Source: an uncultured Rhodothermales bacterium
Lineage (GTDB): Bacteria; Bacteroidota; Rhodothermia; Rhodothermales; UBA10348
Length of the DNA stretch: 42,997 nucleotides
Assembly: GCA_964527795.1 (NCBI GenBank)
Contig: CAZGOS010000003.1
Span: 1 to 42,997 of the forward strand
Direction: 5' to 3'
The notes under the pieces were generated by a model. The model was not told the DNA's origin, did not search any database, and saw only the letters and a program-made list of their open reading frames with translations. The position numbers were made by a program, and so were the translations under genes. Of the stretch, positions 42,199 through 42,997 are shown piece by piece; the stretch's first letter is position 1; each line of letters starts with the position of its first letter.

Positions 42199-42997
42199 AT
42201 GCCCGACGAATCATCAAACAACTCTCTCCCGGGTGTGAGTGACGGGATACCCGGCAGACCTCGACTCACAGAAGCTGATGCCGTGGAACTGGCTCGGTCG
42301 CGGTACGGATTGCAGGGAACGGCCTCTCCGCTTCCAAGCGACAGAGATCAGAATTTTCTGATAGAAGTCGCCCGTGGAACCAGGTTCTTGCTCAAGATTT
42401 CGAATGCGGACGAGAACCGCTCGATTCTGGAAGCGCAGGAGCTGGCCCTCAATGTCTCCCACAAAGCGGGACTTTCCGTTCAGCTAATTGTCGGCTCCAC
42501 ATCCGGAGCTTCGATCGAATCCTGCGCCAGTTCCGAGACGGGAGATCATTATGTTAGACTGGTGACGTACCTGGACGGATATCCGATCGCTGAGGCCGAG
42601 CCTCAATCTGTTGAGATGCTGGAAGAGCTGGGGCAATTTCTCGGCAGGTTGGACCATGTTTTGTCAGGCGTCGACCACGAAGGCGCCCATCGTCATCACG
42701 CCTGGGACGTTCAGCACGCCCCGGAGACCATACGAGCGCATATCGATCATATTGACGATCCGGAGCGCGTTCGCCTCGTGCGGCGATTTCTTGAGCTGGT
42801 CGAGACGGAGGCGGTGCCGATTCTTCATACCCTTCCTCGCCAGCTTATCCACGGAGACGCCAACGACTACAACGTGCTCGTCGATATCGATGCTTCGCTT
42901 GAACGGCATCTGACGGGTCTCGTGGACTTTGGCGACGTGATACATACGGTTCGTGTGGCCGAGCCTGCAATCGCCTGTGCCTATCACATGATGGACA
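42199..42997 (+). CDS. APH-family phosphotransferase (hydroxylysine-kinase / homoserine-kinase-II-like), 3'-truncated by the window edge
   Basis: Not in the ORF track because no stop is reached. I translated it by hand from the ATG at 42199: MPDESSNN...DQNFLIEV...FLLKISN...LIHGDANDYNVLV...GLVDFGD. The HGDxxxxN catalytic loop and the DFG-type motif mark the aminoglycoside-phosphotransferase/choline-kinase fold. Confidence 0.7.
   Translation, partial: MPDESSNNSLPGVSDGIPGRPRLTEADAVELARSRYGLQGTASPLPSDRDQNFLIEVARGTRFLLKISNADENRSILEAQELALNVSHKAGLSVQLIVGSTSGASIESCASSETGDHYVRLVTYLDGYPIAEAEPQSVEMLEELGQFLGRLDHVLSGVDHEGAHRHHAWDVQHAPETIRAHIDHIDDPERVRLVRRFLELVETEAVPILHTLPRQLIHGDANDYNVLVDIDASLERHLTGLVDFGDVIHTVRVAEPAIACAYHMMD

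Overview
A 42,997-bp bacterial chromosomal window with moderate GC. Shine-Dalgarno-like sites sit ahead of several starts and there are many lipoproteins. It has the flavour of the FCB superphylum or a related deep lineage, but taxonomy cannot be assigned from the sequence alone. All calls rest on reading the supplied ORF translations and the DNA by eye; no database search, HMM or folding program was run.

The standout region is nt 1897-13873, two divergently transcribed, tightly packed cytochrome operons.
- Minus-strand operon: dihaem cytochrome c, a monohaem lipoprotein cytochrome c, a fused monohaem cytochrome/outer-membrane beta-barrel (Cyc2-like), and an amicyanin-type cupredoxin.
- Plus-strand set: a tandem Fn3-like lipoprotein and a MauG/cytochrome c peroxidase-like dihaem lipoprotein. 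These are followed by a four-gene translationally coupled operon.
- That operon encodes a cytochrome bd-like CydA homologue (no Q-loop, no CydB), a membrane-anchored dihaem cytochrome c, a polytopic monohaem cytochrome c, and a dihaem cytochrome c fused to an EB_dh/DOMON-type domain, a TM helix and TPR repeats. A bacteriohemerythrin gene follows.
- Together there are 11 c-haem motifs in 7 proteins. The layout follows the logic of the Acidithiobacillus rus operon (outer-membrane cytochrome-porin, periplasmic dihaem cytochrome, blue copper protein, terminal oxidase) but is built from different parts. I propose it as a candidate uncharacterised outer-membrane-to-oxidase electron conduit, possibly for Fe(II) or another extracellular donor.

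Upstream (nt 21-1866) are two unusual proteins built from Cys4 knuckles and repeated PCP_red-like modules.

The rest is mostly housekeeping or catabolic: a DUF1028 protein, a TonB-dependent receptor, rodA-mrdA, a peptidase/TolB-propeller/Omp85-barrel fusion, pyrD, an acyl-CoA synthetase, tRNA-Pro(CGG), RIC/YtfE, an orphan IorA-like TPP enzyme, a serine hydrolase, a PflX-type radical SAM protein, an FGE-family lipoprotein, an NnrS-like membrane protein, a complete hydroxyproline catabolic operon with a GntR regulator, and a 3'-truncated APH-family kinase.

Smaller oddities are a 33-bp duplicate of the tRNA-Pro 3' end exactly 100 bp downstream, an FtsX-permease 3' remnant, a CX3CH variant haem motif in the peroxidase, structured elements in the ~0.5-kb divergent control region, and a gene-poor patch at 13.9-15.6 kb. 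No CRISPR array, transposase, integrase or rRNA was seen.
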